From positions 15,467 to 79,466 of the forward strand of contig CAWIFZ010000013.1 in the NCBI GenBank assembly GCA_963835415.1: 64,000 nucleotides of DNA. The letters are read 5' to 3'. This document shows positions 32,885 through 43,759 of this stretch, in pieces. Under the pieces are notes generated by a model. It saw nothing but the letters and a program-made list of their open reading frames with translations. It was not told the DNA's origin and ran no database searches. This stretch comes from an uncultured Actinomycetes bacterium (GTDB taxonomy: Bacteria > Actinomycetota > UBA4738 > HRBIN12). Positions within the stretch are counted from its first letter, which is position 1; every line of letters begins with the position of its first letter. A program made the position numbers and the translations under genes.

Positions 32885-33394
32885 CTAGGCCTGAGCGGCC
32901 ATCTTGACGCCGTGGGCGCCGTCGAGGACCTCGTCGATCATGATCTCGGCCTCGTCCTCGGTCTTCGCGGTGGCGTATGAGAGCTCCGAGATGAGGATCT
33001 GGCGGGCCTTGAGGATCATGCGCTTCTCGCCGGCCGACAGGCCCTTCTCGCGCTCACGGATGGCGAGGTTCCGAAGGACCTCCGCCACCTGGTACGGATC
33101 GCCCGAGTGGAGCTTCTCCATGTTGTTCTTGAAGCGACGGCTCCAGTTGGCGGCCATGGAGGACTCGTCCTCCGTGAGCACCTTCAGGACCTTCTTGACC
33201 TCGTTCTTGCTGACCACCTGGCGCAGACCGACCTGCTCGGTCGAGTCCACGGGGATCAGGAGCGTGAGGTCGCCGTACGCCACCCGCAGGACCAGGTAGG
33301 TCCGCTTCTCACCCAGGAATTCCTTCTCGCGGAGCTCCTGGATCACTGCTGCGCCATGCTCTGGGTGGACAACGGTGTCGCCTTTTTGGAACAA
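32885..33394 (-). CDS. carD: CarD transcription factor
   Basis: FQKGDTVVHPEHGAA, NWSRRFK, LSAGEKRM; TTG start after AAGGGGG. Confidence 0.95.
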   Translation of the reverse strand: MFQKGDTVVHPEHGAAVIQELREKEFLGEKRTYLVLRVAYGDLTLLIPVDSTEQVGLRQVVSKNEVKKVLKVLTEDESSMAANWSRRFKNNMEKLHSGDPYQVAEVLRNLAIREREKGLSAGEKRMILKARQILISELSYATAKTEDEAEIMIDEVLDGAHGVKMAAQA

Positions 33395-33522
33395 CAGAAC
33401 CCCCTTGAACACGGAGATGCGCGGGTGGGCTAGTCACAAGATAGCACGCCTCGGCCATCGAGCGCAACCCAAACATGCAGGTCAGAAGGCCTTTGGATGG
33501 GGATCCGAGGGGTCCGATGGAC

Positions 33523-34884
33523 CTACGCCTTCGGCACACGATGGCTGCCGGACATCGGCTGCAACGCCCAACCAAGTGCCTCGCGGACGTGTCGAACCGG
33601 GAGCGAACGGATCCCGTCGACATCGGCAGACGCGCCCGGTGCGGCGTAGATCACCGAGCACCCCGCCGCTCGCGCGGCGGAGACCCGTTGGGCCATGGAC
33701 GGCGCCGATCTGACCGCCCCCGTGAGCGCGACCTCCCCCACGAACGCCGACCCCGCGGGGGGTGCGATGCCGGTGGCCGCGGAGGCGAGCGCCGCCGCGA
33801 CGGCCAGGTCGCACGCCGGATCGTCGAGGCGGACCCCGCCCGACGACGCCCCGAACAGCTCGGATCGACCGAGCGGGATACCGGCCCCTCGGTCGAGGAC
33901 GGCCGCGACCAGTTGGAACCGACGAGGATCGAGTCCGGTCGCTTGGCGTCTGGCCGGTCCATCCGTGGCTCCGACGAGCGCCTGCACCTCCACGGCGAGT
34001 GCCCGCCGGCCCGCCTGGGGCAACGCGATAGCCGCTCCCGGCGTGGGTGCGTGCGATACGAGCAGCTCGGTGGGATCGATCTCATGGAGCCCTCGTGTCC
34101 CCATCTCGAACCACGCCGTCTCGCCCTCAGCGCCGAATCGGTTCTTCCCCGCCGAGAGGACCCGCAGGCCCGAGCGAGGATCGCCGTCGAACGTCATGAC
34201 GACGTCGACCGCGTGCTCCAGCGTCCGTGGACCCGCCAGATCGCCGTCCTTCGTGACGTGGCCGGTGAGGAGCATCGCGATGCCTTCTTCCTTGGCCAGG
34301 CCGACGAGGGCGTCGGTGCACATGCGGACCTGGGACGGGCCACCGGGCATCTGGGTCCCGGATGTGTCGCGGAGCGTCTGGATCGAGTCGACCGCGAGCA
34401 GGAACGGCCGCGCGTCGCGCGCGGTCTCGAGCACGTTCGCGAGGTCGCGACCGGGCGCGAACGAGACGGCGTCGCCGGACACGCCGAGCCGTCGGGCACG
34501 CGCCGCCACCTGCGCGTGCGACTCCTCACCCGACACCAACACGCACGCCTCTCCGGCTGCGGACAGGTGCGCCAGCACGTGCAGCAGGAGCGTGGACTTG
34601 CCGATCCCCGGCTCCCCCGCCAACAGCGCCACGGACGCCGGCACGATCCCGCCGCCCAGCACGCGATCGATCCCGGCGATGCCGGTCGACACACGACGCT
34701 CGTCGTCGGGTGCGGAGCCCAGCGTGCTGAGAGCCACGGCCCTCCCGGCACTCGAAGACGCTCCTCCGGCGGCCCGCACCTCGTCGATGGTGCCCCACTG
34801 GCCGCAGCCGGGACAACGGCCCACCCATTGCGACACCTGCTGGCGACACGCCGAGCACGCGAGGATCGATCGGACCTTTGGCAC
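33523..34884 (-). CDS. radA: DNA repair protein RadA/Sms
   Basis: CxxC...WVGRCPGC, GEPGIGKST, DSIQ, KNRFG. Confidence 0.95.
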   Translation of the reverse strand: MPKVRSILACSACRQQVSQWVGRCPGCGQWGTIDEVRAAGGASSSAGRAVALSTLGSAPDDERRVSTGIAGIDRVLGGGIVPASVALLAGEPGIGKSTLLLHVLAHLSAAGEACVLVSGEESHAQVAARARRLGVSGDAVSFAPGRDLANVLETARDARPFLLAVDSIQTLRDTSGTQMPGGPSQVRMCTDALVGLAKEEGIAMLLTGHVTKDGDLAGPRTLEHAVDVVMTFDGDPRSGLRVLSAGKNRFGAEGETAWFEMGTRGLHEIDPTELLVSHAPTPGAAIALPQAGRRALAVEVQALVGATDGPARRQATGLDPRRFQLVAAVLDRGAGIPLGRSELFGASSGGVRLDDPACDLAVAAALASAATGIAPPAGSAFVGEVALTGAVRSAPSMAQRVSAARAAGCSVIYAAPGASADVDGIRSLPVRHVREALGWALQPMSGSHRVPKA

Positions 34885-35003
34885 GTGTGGAACGTATCCA
34901 TCGGGTCTGACATCGCTTGCCACCGCACGGTCCCGCGCTTATCCTCGCTGCGCGGGTGCATGCTGCACACCGGCACACGAAGGCTCGGAAGGAGGGATGA
35001 GGT

Positions 35004-35063
35004 ATGGCTGCGATCTCGGTGCTCGACATCGCGCTGACGCCGCGTCCCTCCGTTTCCGCGTAG
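35004..35063 (+). other. Putative 19-aa leader peptide upstream of the RIO1 kinase
   Basis: AAGGAGG about 8 nt before ATG; MAAISVLDIALTPRPSVSA*. Confidence 0.45.
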
Positions 35064-35154
35064 CCCCGGCCAGACCCGCACCTCGGCTCCCGCTCCGCGA
35101 CTCTTCAAGGACGTGGCGTTGTATCCGTTCGCCACATCGTTGAGGAGGCATACG

Positions 35155-35907
35155 TTGCAGGACAACGCGTTCGAGCACTTCCTAGATGAAGGGCTCATCA
35201 CCAAGGTCATCCGACCGATCAAGAGCGGCAAGGAGGCTTCCGTCCATCTGTGCCGCGCGAACCCGAGCACGACCGGCGAGACGCTGGCCGCGCTGAAGGT
35301 GTTCCACCCTCCGGATCGCCGCGCGTTCCGGGATGAAGGGCTGTACCGAGACGGCGAGTTCATCAAGGAACGACGGATCCGGGTCGCCGTCGAGAAGAGG
35401 ACGACGTTCGGGAAGGAGGTCGCGGCGGCGATCTGGGTCGATCGCGAATGGGAGATGCTCGGAACGTTGTTCGAGGCCGGGGCCGACGTGCCGCGACCGC
35501 TCATGCGATCCGACCGCGCGCTCCTGATGACCTACATCGGGGACGAGGACGACGCCGCGCCGCAGCTGCGCAGCTACCGCCCGGATCCCGATGAGGCGGA
35601 GGAGCTGTTCCGTCAGGTATTGCGCAACGTCGAGCTGTTCCTGTATCGCAACGTCATCCACGGCGACCTCTCGGCGTACAACATCTTGGTCTGGGAAGGC
35701 CAGGCGACGCTCATCGACCTGCCGCAGGCGGTCGACCCGCGGAAGAACCGGCACGCCCGTGGATTGCTCGAGCGCGATCTCTTCCGGGTGTGCGAACACT
35801 TCGAGCGTTTCGGGGTGCAGCGATCGGCCGGTCAGCTCACCGCCGACATGTGGACGGCCTGGCAGTTCGCGGATCTGGTGCCGGAAGAGCTCCGGGGTCT
35901 CGTCTGA
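35155..35907 (+). CDS. RIO1 family atypical kinase
   Basis: IKSGKEASV, ALKVF, HGDLSAYNIL, IDLPQ; GAGGAGG before TTG. Confidence 0.92.
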   Translation: MQDNAFEHFLDEGLITKVIRPIKSGKEASVHLCRANPSTTGETLAALKVFHPPDRRAFRDEGLYRDGEFIKERRIRVAVEKRTTFGKEVAAAIWVDREWEMLGTLFEAGADVPRPLMRSDRALLMTYIGDEDDAAPQLRSYRPDPDEAEELFRQVLRNVELFLYRNVIHGDLSAYNILVWEGQATLIDLPQAVDPRKNRHARGLLERDLFRVCEHFERFGVQRSAGQLTADMWTAWQFADLVPEELRGLV

Positions 35908-35953
35908 CCCCGGAGCCGGGGCGAAGCTCGTGCGTTCTTGACGGATCCGCGGG

Positions 35954-38455
35954 TTATTCGGTGGAGCCGGCGAGTTCCACGGGCGGGATCTCGGGCGGGA
36001 TCTCTTCGGGCACGATCGTGCCGCCGTCGAACACGATCTCGCCGTCCTGCGCGTCCACGATGATCGTCTGACCGGCGCGGAACTCCTTCCACAGGAGCTT
36101 CTCCGACAGCGGGTCCTCGACCAGGCGCTGGATGGTCCGACGGAGCGGTCGCGCGCCGAGCGACGCGTCGAAGCCCTGCGTGGCCAGCAGCGTCTTGGCG
36201 GCGTCGGTCAGCTCGATGTCGATGTCCTTGGCCTTCAGCTGGTCGCGCACGCGCGCCATCATCAGGTCGACGATGTTCTTCACGTCCTCCTGGCTGAGCG
36301 AGCGGAACACGATGACCTCGTCGATCCGGTTGAGGAACTCGGGCCGGAAGCTCTTCTTCAGCTCCTCCGTCACGCGGTCGCGCATGCGCTCGTACGTGAC
36401 CTCCTCGTTGGCGGAGGCGGCGAAGCCGATACCGGGACCCTTCTGCATGTCACGGGTGCCGAGGTTGGAGGTCATGATGATGATGGTGTTCTTGAAGTCC
36501 ACCTTGTGGCCCTGCGAGTCCGTCAGGTGCCCGTCCTCCAGGATCTGCAGCAGGGTGTTGAACACGTCGGGGTGGGCCTTCTCGATCTCGTCGAACAGGA
36601 CGACGCTGAACGGCTTGCGGCGGACGGCCTCGGTGAGCTGACCACCCTCCTCGTACCCGACGTAGCCGGGAGGCGAGCCGATCAGGCGGCTGACCGTGTG
36701 CTTCTCCATGTACTCGGACATGTCCAGCTGGATCAGCGCGTCCTCGTCGCCGAACAGGAACTCCGCGAGCGCCTTCGACAGCTCGGTCTTCCCGACACCG
36801 GATGGTCCGAGGAAGATGAACGAACCGGAGGGACGGCGCGGGTCCTTCAGACCGGAACGCGTGCGGCGGATCGCGCGGGAGACGGCCGAGATGGCCTCGT
36901 TCTGCGTGACGATCCGCTTGTGGAGCTCGTCCTCCATCCGGAGCAGCTTCTCGGTCTCCTCTTCGGTGAGCTTGAAGACCGGGATGCCCGTCCAGATCGA
37001 CAGGACCTCGGCGATCTCCTCCTCGTCGACCTCCGACAGGATGTCCATCTCGCCGGACTTCCACTCCGCCTCGCGGCGGGTGCGCTCCTCCTGCAGCTGA
37101 CGCTCCTCGTCGCGCAGTGACGCGGCGCGCTCGAAGTCCTGGCCGTCGATCGCGGATTCCTTGCGGAGGCGGACCTCGGCGATCTTCTCGTCGATCTCGC
37201 GGACGTCGGGCGGCGCGGTCATGCGACGGATGCGCATGCGGCTGCCGGCCTCGTCGATGAGGTCGATCGCCTTGTCGGGCAGGAACCGGTCGCTGATGTA
37301 GCGGTCCGCGAGGTTCGCGGCCGCGACCAGTGCATCGTCGGTGAAGTTCACCCGGTGGTGCGCCTCGTAGCGATCACGCAGGCCCTTCAGGATCTCGATC
37401 GTGTGCGGGACCGTGGGCTCGTTGACCGTGATGGGCTGGAACCGCCGCTCGAGCGCCGCGTCCTTCTCGAGGTGCTTGCGGTACTCGTCGCGCGTGGTGG
37501 CGCCGATCGTCTGCAGCTCACCGCGCGCGAGCATCGGCTTGAGGATGGAGGCCGCGTCGATCGCACCTTCGGCCGCGCCGGCGCCGACGAGCGTGTGCAG
37601 CTCGTCGATGAACAAGATGATGTCGCCGCGGGTCTTGATCTCCTTCAGCACCTTCTTCAGGCGCTCCTCGAAGTCACCGCGGTAGCGCGAGCCGGCGACC
37701 AGCGCGCCGAGGTCGAGCGTGTAGATCTGCTTGCCCTTGAGCGTCTCGGGAACCTCGCCCTTGACGATGTCCTGGGAGAGACCCTCGACGACGGCGGTCT
37801 TGCCGACGCCGGGCTCGCCGATCAGCACCGGGTTGTTCTTGGTCCGGCGCGACAGGACCTGCATGACCCGCTCGATCTCCTGCTCCCTGCCGATGACGGG
37901 GTCGAGCTTGCCCTCGCGGGCCAACTGGGTGAGGTTGCGGCCGAACTGGTCGAGGACCATCGACCCCTGCGGGCCACCTTCTCCGGAGCCGGCGGGCGTC
38001 TGCTCGCCCTTGCCGCCCGTGTAACCGGAGAGCAGCTGGATCACGGTCTGACGGACGCGGTTGAGGTCGGCGCCCAGCTTCTGCAACACCTGGGCCGCGA
38101 CGCCCTCGCCTTCACGGATGAGCCCGAGCAGGATGTGCTCGGTGCCGATGTAGTTGTGTCCGAGCTGCAGCGCCTCGCGGAGGCTGAGCTCCAGGACCTT
38201 CTTCGCGCGTGGGGTGAACGGGATGTGCCCGGTGGGAGCTGCCTGACCCTGGCCGATGATCTCCTCGACCTGCTGACGGACCGCTTCGAGGGAGATGTTC
38301 AGCGACTCGAGCGCCTTGGCGGCGACGCCCTCGCCCTCGTGGATCAGACCGAGCAGGATGTGCTCGGTGCCGATGTAGTTGTGGTTGAGCATCCTCGCCT
38401 CTTCTTGGGCGAGGACCACCACTCGTCTGGCGCGGTCCGTGAAGCGTTCGAACAT
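35954..38455 (-). CDS. clpC: Clp protease ATP-binding subunit ClpC
   Basis: [21 protein letters not shown], two Walker A motifs ([16 protein letters not shown]). Confidence 0.98.
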   Translation of the reverse strand: MFERFTDRARRVVVLAQEEARMLNHNYIGTEHILLGLIHEGEGVAAKALESLNISLEAVRQQVEEIIGQGQAAPTGHIPFTPRAKKVLELSLREALQLGHNYIGTEHILLGLIREGEGVAAQVLQKLGADLNRVRQTVIQLLSGYTGGKGEQTPAGSGEGGPQGSMVLDQFGRNLTQLAREGKLDPVIGREQEIERVMQVLSRRTKNNPVLIGEPGVGKTAVVEGLSQDIVKGEVPETLKGKQIYTLDLGALVAGSRYRGDFEERLKKVLKEIKTRGDIILFIDELHTLVGAGAAEGAIDAASILKPMLARGELQTIGATTRDEYRKHLEKDAALERRFQPITVNEPTVPHTIEILKGLRDRYEAHHRVNFTDDALVAAANLADRYISDRFLPDKAIDLIDEAGSRMRIRRMTAPPDVREIDEKIAEVRLRKESAIDGQDFERAASLRDEERQLQEERTRREAEWKSGEMDILSEVDEEEIAEVLSIWTGIPVFKLTEEETEKLLRMEDELHKRIVTQNEAISAVSRAIRRTRSGLKDPRRPSGSFIFLGPSGVGKTELSKALAEFLFGDEDALIQLDMSEYMEKHTVSRLIGSPPGYVGYEEGGQLTEAVRRKPFSVVLFDEIEKAHPDVFNTLLQILEDGHLTDSQGHKVDFKNTIIIMTSNLGTRDMQKGPGIGFAASANEEVTYERMRDRVTEELKKSFRPEFLNRIDEVIVFRSLSQEDVKNIVDLMMARVRDQLKAKDIDIELTDAAKTLLATQGFDASLGARPLRRTIQRLVEDPLSEKLLWKEFRAGQTIIVDAQDGEIVFDGGTIVPEEIPPEIPPVELAGSTE

Positions 38456-38836
38456 GTCAGCGTCCTCCGGGCAATGACCCGCATGTTCCACGTCCCCTGG
38501 GATCCACGGACCACGTCCTACCCCTGAGGTGCGCCGGGCGCCGCACCCGACGAACGGTCACGGCGCCCGCTGTGGGTGAGTATAGCCGCAACCCCCGATA
38601 AGCCTTGAGCACCATCACCGTTTCCTTCCCGCTCTCGCGTGCCTCTCAGTTAGTTCTTCGGATGTTCTCCGTCCGGGGATTAGGGCAACGAGCGGCTGAC
38701 TCCAGAATCGTCCGTTGGTACTACACGAACTCACCCGTTGGTCCGTTGCGCGATATCGACACGGCGTGGAATCATCGAAGGGCCTTCCCACCGACGGCGC
38801 CCCCCGTCGCCTTATCGATCTGTGAGGAGGTCTTGC

Positions 38837-39208
38837 GTGCGAGTGTTGGTCGTGGATGACCATCCCGCCTTCCGCCAGGCGTTGACGAGTGCCCTGGAGA
38901 TGGTGGATGAGATCGAAGTTGCGGGCGAAGCCGGTGGTGGACTCTCGGCTTGCCTGGAGGCCGCGCACATCATCCCCGACGTCGTGCTGATGGACCTCTC
39001 GATGCCGGATCTGTCCGGATTCGATGCGATGGAACGGATGCACGAGCACCAGCCGAGCCTGCCGGTCGTGATCCTGACCGCGGACGCGGACCCCGAGGTG
39101 GAAGCCGAGGCACGGAGGGCCGGCGCGTCCGGGTTCGTGGCGAAGGGCACCAGGCTCGACGACATCGTGATCGTCCTGCACGAGGCGGCCGAACAACCGG
39201 TCGGGTAG
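38837..39208 (+). CDS. Single-domain response regulator (NarL-type receiver)
   Basis: VLVVDDHP, LMDLSMP, ILTA, FVAK; GAGGAGG RBS. Confidence 0.85.
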   Translation: MRVLVVDDHPAFRQALTSALEMVDEIEVAGEAGGGLSACLEAAHIIPDVVLMDLSMPDLSGFDAMERMHEHQPSLPVVILTADADPEVEAEARRAGASGFVAKGTRLDDIVIVLHEAAEQPVG

Positions 39209-39237
39209 ACCAGGCACGTCGGGTCGAGCGAGCCCTG

Positions 39238-39660
39238 CTAGTGGGAGTGCGTCTGCTCCACTTCCCGGAGCCGCTTGCAGAGCTGCTTGAGCAGCGTGCG
39301 TGAGAGCTCGGGGAACTGATCCATGAGGGCATTGAAGTCCCAGGAGGTCAGCGACACCGTCTTGAGGTCCGTCTTGGCCGTGACGGTCGCGGACCGCGAA
39401 CCGCCGTCGATCAGGGAGATCTCGCCGAAATAGGAACCCGGTTCCAGCGTGCCGTGAACCACGCCGTCGACGGAGACCGTCGCCTGGCCGTCCACGATCA
39501 TGTGGAACCCCACGCCGGATTCTCCCTGCTTCGCGATGTCCTTGCCGGCCGGGAAGGAGACCTCTTTCACGATCGCCGCGACCCGCTGCAGCTCCTTCTC
39601 ACCGAATCCGCTGAACAACGGCACGGACCTGATCTCCTCGATCGCTGCCTGCTCGTCCAT
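39238..39660 (-). CDS. Stand-alone cyclic nucleotide-binding domain protein
   Basis: VPLFSG, GSYFGEISLIDGGSRSATV; no HTH. Confidence 0.9.
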   Translation of the reverse strand: MDEQAAIEEIRSVPLFSGFGEKELQRVAAIVKEVSFPAGKDIAKQGESGVGFHMIVDGQATVSVDGVVHGTLEPGSYFGEISLIDGGSRSATVTAKTDLKTVSLTSWDFNALMDQFPELSRTLLKQLCKRLREVEQTHSH

Positions 39661-39739
39661 CGCGTCCCTCCTCCTGGCCCGCGGACCCACGGGCCCACGG
39701 CGGCCAAGTATAGGTCGTGCCCTCGGGCGGCGGGTATGC

Positions 39740-41251
39740 CTACGAGCCGTCCGAGGAGCTCTCCGGACGGTGATGCGGGAAGAGGATCAGATCGCGCAAC
39801 GACGGGGCGTCCGTGAGCACCATGAGCAGCCGGTCGATGCCGATGCCGATCCCGCCCGTGGGGGGCATGCCGTGCTCGAGCGCGGTCATGAAGTCCTCGT
39901 CCAGCGGATGCGCCTCGTCGTCGCCGGCCGCTCGCTGCGCGACCTGTTCCTCGAACTTCGCGCGCTGCTCGATCGGATCGGTGAGCTCCGAGAACGCCGT
40001 GCCGAGCTCGACCCCTCCGACGATGACGTCGAAGTGCTCGGTCAACGCCGGGTCGCTCCGATGGGGCCGCGCGAGCGGGGAGACCTCCCGAGGGAAGTCG
40101 CAGACGAACGTGGGCTCGAAGATCGTCTGTTCCACGAGCTTCTCGAAGAGCTCCAGGGCGATCTTGCCGGCGCCCCATACCGGATCGAGCGAGACGTGGT
40201 GCGCTTCGGCGAGGCGCGTCAGCTGATCGCGCTCGAGCTCGACCGGTGTCCCCGTCGCCTCGGACAATGCACCGAGCACCGTCACCCGGCGGAACGGCGG
40301 CGCCAGGTCGAGCGAACCATCCCGGAACGGGAGCTCGAGGGAGCCGTGCAACGCCAGCGCGCACGCGCGGATCAGATCCTCGGCGATCCGCATCATCGTC
40401 TCGTAGTCGCCGTACGCCTCGTACAGCTCCAGCATCGTGAACTCCGGGTTGTGTTCCCGGTCGATGCCCTCGTTGCGGAAGTTCCGACCCATCTCGTAGA
40501 TCCGCTCGAGGCCGCCGACCAGCAATCGCTTCAGGTAGAGCTCGAGCGAGATGCGGAGCTTGAGGTCGGTGTCCAACGCGTTGTGGTGGGTCGTGAACGG
40601 CTTGGCCAGCGCGCCGCCGGCGACCGGTTGCAGGATGGGCGTCTCGACCTCGGTGTATCCGCGACCGTCCAGCTCTTGACGGATCGTGCGCAAGACGGTG
40701 GCGCGCGCCGCCACGTACCGCCGCGGCGCCGGGTCGGTGATCAGGTGCAGGTAGCGCCGTCGTTGCTGGAGATCGGGGTCCTGCAACCCGTGCCACTTCT
40801 CGGGCAGCGGACGCAGCGCCTTCGTCAGCAAGGTGAGCGTGTCCACCTTGAGCGAGAGTTCCCCGCGACGCGTGCGCACGACGTGGCCCGTGGCGCCGAC
40901 GATGTCGCCCAGGTCGATCTCGTCGAGCAGCCCGTATCCGTCGCCGAGCGTCGCCTCCTCGCAGAAGAGCTGCAGGTCGCCGCCGCGATCGCGGATGACC
41001 AGGAACGTCAGCTTGCCGTGCCGACGGGCCAGCACGACGCGACCGGCGACGGACGCGCGTCGGTCGGACTCCTCCTCGTTCGCGAGCTTCCCGTCGAACT
41101 CGGCGATGAGGTCCGACGCGAGCGTGTCGACGTCGTAGCGGAGCGCGAACGGTTCGATCCCGGCCTCGCGGAGGCGCTCGAGTGACTCGCGGCGGGCGCG
41201 CAGGACCTCCGCTTCGCGCGGCAGCCCCTCGTGGGACTCGAACTCACTCAT
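39740..41251 (-). CDS. lysS: Lysine--tRNA ligase (class II)
   Basis: [41 protein letters not shown]. Confidence 0.98.
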   Translation of the reverse strand: MSEFESHEGLPREAEVLRARRESLERLREAGIEPFALRYDVDTLASDLIAEFDGKLANEEESDRRASVAGRVVLARRHGKLTFLVIRDRGGDLQLFCEEATLGDGYGLLDEIDLGDIVGATGHVVRTRRGELSLKVDTLTLLTKALRPLPEKWHGLQDPDLQQRRRYLHLITDPAPRRYVAARATVLRTIRQELDGRGYTEVETPILQPVAGGALAKPFTTHHNALDTDLKLRISLELYLKRLLVGGLERIYEMGRNFRNEGIDREHNPEFTMLELYEAYGDYETMMRIAEDLIRACALALHGSLELPFRDGSLDLAPPFRRVTVLGALSEATGTPVELERDQLTRLAEAHHVSLDPVWGAGKIALELFEKLVEQTIFEPTFVCDFPREVSPLARPHRSDPALTEHFDVIVGGVELGTAFSELTDPIEQRAKFEEQVAQRAAGDDEAHPLDEDFMTALEHGMPPTGGIGIGIDRLLMVLTDAPSLRDLILFPHHRPESSSDGS

Positions 41252-42023
41252 CGGCGGTCACGACGTTCCGCTCGAAGACCAGCCGGAGACCTTCCAAGGT
41301 CAGCCATGGCTCGTGATGCTGGATCGTGTGGCAGTGCGGGATCACGACCGGCGCGAGACCGCCCGTCGCGACGACCGCGGCCCGGCCAAGCTCGGCGATG
41401 ATGCGTTCGACGATCCCGTCGACCTCGCCGGCGGTGCCGTAGATCAGGCCGGATTGGATGCACTCGACCGTGCTCTTCCCGATCACGGAGGCGGGCGCCG
41501 TCAACTCGACGCGCGTGAGGCGGGCGGTCCGAGAGAACAGGCTGGCGGCCGACGCTTGCATGCCGGGGGCGATCACGCCGCCGATGAACTCCCCCTTGTC
41601 CGAGACCACGTCGAAATTCGTCGCCGTCCCGAAGTCCACGACGATCGCCGGCCCCCCGAAGCGGGAGAACGCGGCCAGCGCGTTGACGACCCGGTCGGCG
41701 CCGACCTCGCGCGGGTTGTCGGTGAGGATCGGCACGCCCGTCTTCGTCCCCGGACCGACGATCACCGGTGGAACGGGCAGGTACCGCGACGCCATCTCGC
41801 GCATCGCCGCCGTCACGTCCGGCACGACGGACGCGACGACCAGGCCCGTGACCTGGGACTCGAACGCGATATCCGCGTTCGCCAGGAGTCCGGAGAGGAG
41901 CAGAGCGAGCTCGTCGGCAGTGCGCTCCGCCTGGGTGGAGATGCGCCAGGTGTGCACGAGTTCCTCGTCCCGGAAGACCCCCAGGACGATCTCGGTGTTG
42001 CCGACATCGGCGGCGAGGAGCAT
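41244..42023 (-). CDS. coaX: Type III pantothenate kinase
   Basis: DVGNT, VGADR, VDFGTAT, ATGG. Confidence 0.95.
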   Translation of the reverse strand: MLLAADVGNTEIVLGVFRDEELVHTWRISTQAERTADELALLLSGLLANADIAFESQVTGLVVASVVPDVTAAMREMASRYLPVPPVIVGPGTKTGVPILTDNPREVGADRVVNALAAFSRFGGPAIVVDFGTATNFDVVSDKGEFIGGVIAPGMQASAASLFSRTARLTRVELTAPASVIGKSTVECIQSGLIYGTAGEVDGIVERIIAELGRAAVVATGGLAPVVIPHCHTIQHHEPWLTLEGLRLVFERNVVTADE

Positions 42024-42033
42024 GAGCGGCATC

Positions 42034-42888
42034 CTACCCAGCCGCCGGGAGCCGGAGGTTGTCGATCAGTCGGGCCGATGCGAACCGCGCGGCGATCAGC
42101 GCGCGGGCGGGCGCCACGATCCGGTCCGGCGGTTCGAACGTCGCCTCGTCGACGACGGCCGCGTAATCGAGCGACGCCATCGGCGTCGCTCCCACCTCGC
42201 GAGCCATCGTCGCGGCGATCACCGCCGGGTCCCGTTCGCCGTTCTTGGCCAGCTCCGCCGCTTCGGAGAGCGCCAGGAACAGGCAACCGGCCTGTTCACG
42301 CTCCTCGGGCGATAGGTATGCGTTACGCGACGAGAGGGCGAGCCCATCGGGCTCGCGGACGGTGGGACAGGCCACGATCGTGTGCGGCAGGCCCAGCTGC
42401 TCGACCATCCGTCGCACCAGGAAGAGCTGCTGCGCGTCCTTCTCACCGAAGTACGCGGCCGACGCACCGACCACGTCGAACAGCCGACGAACGGCGATCA
42501 ACACGCCGGCGAAGTGTCCCGGCCGGGCGGCCCCTTCCAGGACGTCGCCGATCGCGCCGGGGTCGGGCGCGGCGAGCTCCACGCCCGGCGGGTAGAACGC
42601 TTCCACGGAAGGCGCCCAGACGATGTCGGCTCCCAAGGATCCGGCCAGGTCGACGTCACGCCGTTCGTCGCGCGGGTACCGGGACAGGTCCTCGCCGGGT
42701 CCGAACTGCTTCGGGTTCACGAAGATCGACACGACCACCACGTCGCGCTCGGAACGAGCGCGACGGATCAACGACGCGTGGCCATCGTGCAGCGCCCCCA
42801 TCGTCGGCACCAGCCCGACGTCGGCGCCCGCCGACCGGCGTTCCTCGACGGCCGCCGTGAGATCGGCGGCCGCACGGATCAGCTCCAT
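42034..42888 (-). CDS. panC: Pantoate--beta-alanine ligase
   Basis: VPTMGALHDGH, FGEKDAQQ, ALSSRN, RLIDN. Confidence 0.96.
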   Translation of the reverse strand: MELIRAAADLTAAVEERRSAGADVGLVPTMGALHDGHASLIRRARSERDVVVVSIFVNPKQFGPGEDLSRYPRDERRDVDLAGSLGADIVWAPSVEAFYPPGVELAAPDPGAIGDVLEGAARPGHFAGVLIAVRRLFDVVGASAAYFGEKDAQQLFLVRRMVEQLGLPHTIVACPTVREPDGLALSSRNAYLSPEEREQAGCLFLALSEAAELAKNGERDPAVIAATMAREVGATPMASLDYAAVVDEATFEPPDRIVAPARALIAARFASARLIDNLRLPAAG

Positions 42889-43742
42889 CGCGCGAGCACC
42901 TCGTCGACCGCGGCGCGGCGTTCGACCGGCAAGCGATCGGCGCGCGACCCCAACGCGAGCGCCGCGCGACACAGCTCGACGTACGCTCCGACCATCTCCG
43001 GTGCCGACGCGCGGAGCGCCTCAAGGTTGCGCTCGACCGTGCCGGCGTCTCCTCGGACCGCCGGTCCCGTGAGGGCGGCTCCGGCGCCCAGGCGTTCCAC
43101 GTTGTCCAGGCTCGCGCGCTGCAGCGGGAGCATCGCGGCGAGCGGGTCGGGCACGCCGGCACGCCGGAACAGGTCCTCGGCGATCGCGCCGGTCACGATG
43201 AGGTAGTTCGACGCGAACACGGCGGCGGCGTGATACAGCGGCCGCTGCGCGTCGTCCAGTCGGAACGGCCGCGCCATCAGATCGTCGGCGATCCGCTCGC
43301 CGATCGTGTACGCCTCGGCGTCGTCCGCTGTCACCGCCATCGCGCACCCCGGGATGAGATCGAGGGCGGCGGCCACGTCCGGGAACGTCTGCAGGGGATG
43401 GATCGCGAGCGGCCGGGCACCGGCCGCTCGCGCGGGCGCGAGGACGCCGAGCCCCGAGGCCCCCGACAGGTGGGCCACCCACTGCGTGGGACGGAACCCG
43501 TCGGCGACCGCGATCTGCTCGACGACGCCGGGGATCGCGTCGTCGGGAACACCGATCACCACCAGTTCTCCCGCGCGCGCCGCATCCGCGGGATCCAGGA
43601 ACGGGACGTCGGACAGGAACCTCGACGCGCGATCGCGGGTGGGACCGCGGCCCGACACGGCGACGATCCGGTGCCCGGCACGACCCAGCAGCACCGCCAT
43701 CGCGGTCCCCACGCGCCCCGCGCCGACGACCGAGATGTTCAT
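42879..43742 (-). CDS. Rossmann-like/DUF2520 protein (PanG-type ketopantoate reductase)
   Basis: VGAGRVG, HLSG, IHPLQTF, YHAAAVFASN, LTGPAVRGD; overlaps panC. Confidence 0.88.
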   Translation of the reverse strand: MNISVVGAGRVGTAMAVLLGRAGHRIVAVSGRGPTRDRASRFLSDVPFLDPADAARAGELVVIGVPDDAIPGVVEQIAVADGFRPTQWVAHLSGASGLGVLAPARAAGARPLAIHPLQTFPDVAAALDLIPGCAMAVTADDAEAYTIGERIADDLMARPFRLDDAQRPLYHAAAVFASNYLIVTGAIAEDLFRRAGVPDPLAAMLPLQRASLDNVERLGAGAALTGPAVRGDAGTVERNLEALRASAPEMVGAYVELCRAALALGSRADRLPVERRAAVDEVLARWS

Positions 43743-43759
43743 CGCAGCGAGTATCCCAA

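Noticed and set aside
38456-38836. Long clpC upstream region as an HspR (HAIR) site, ncRNA or lsr2 remnant
   Set aside because: Only a CTTGAG half-site is present; no recognisable structure or Lsr2 motif
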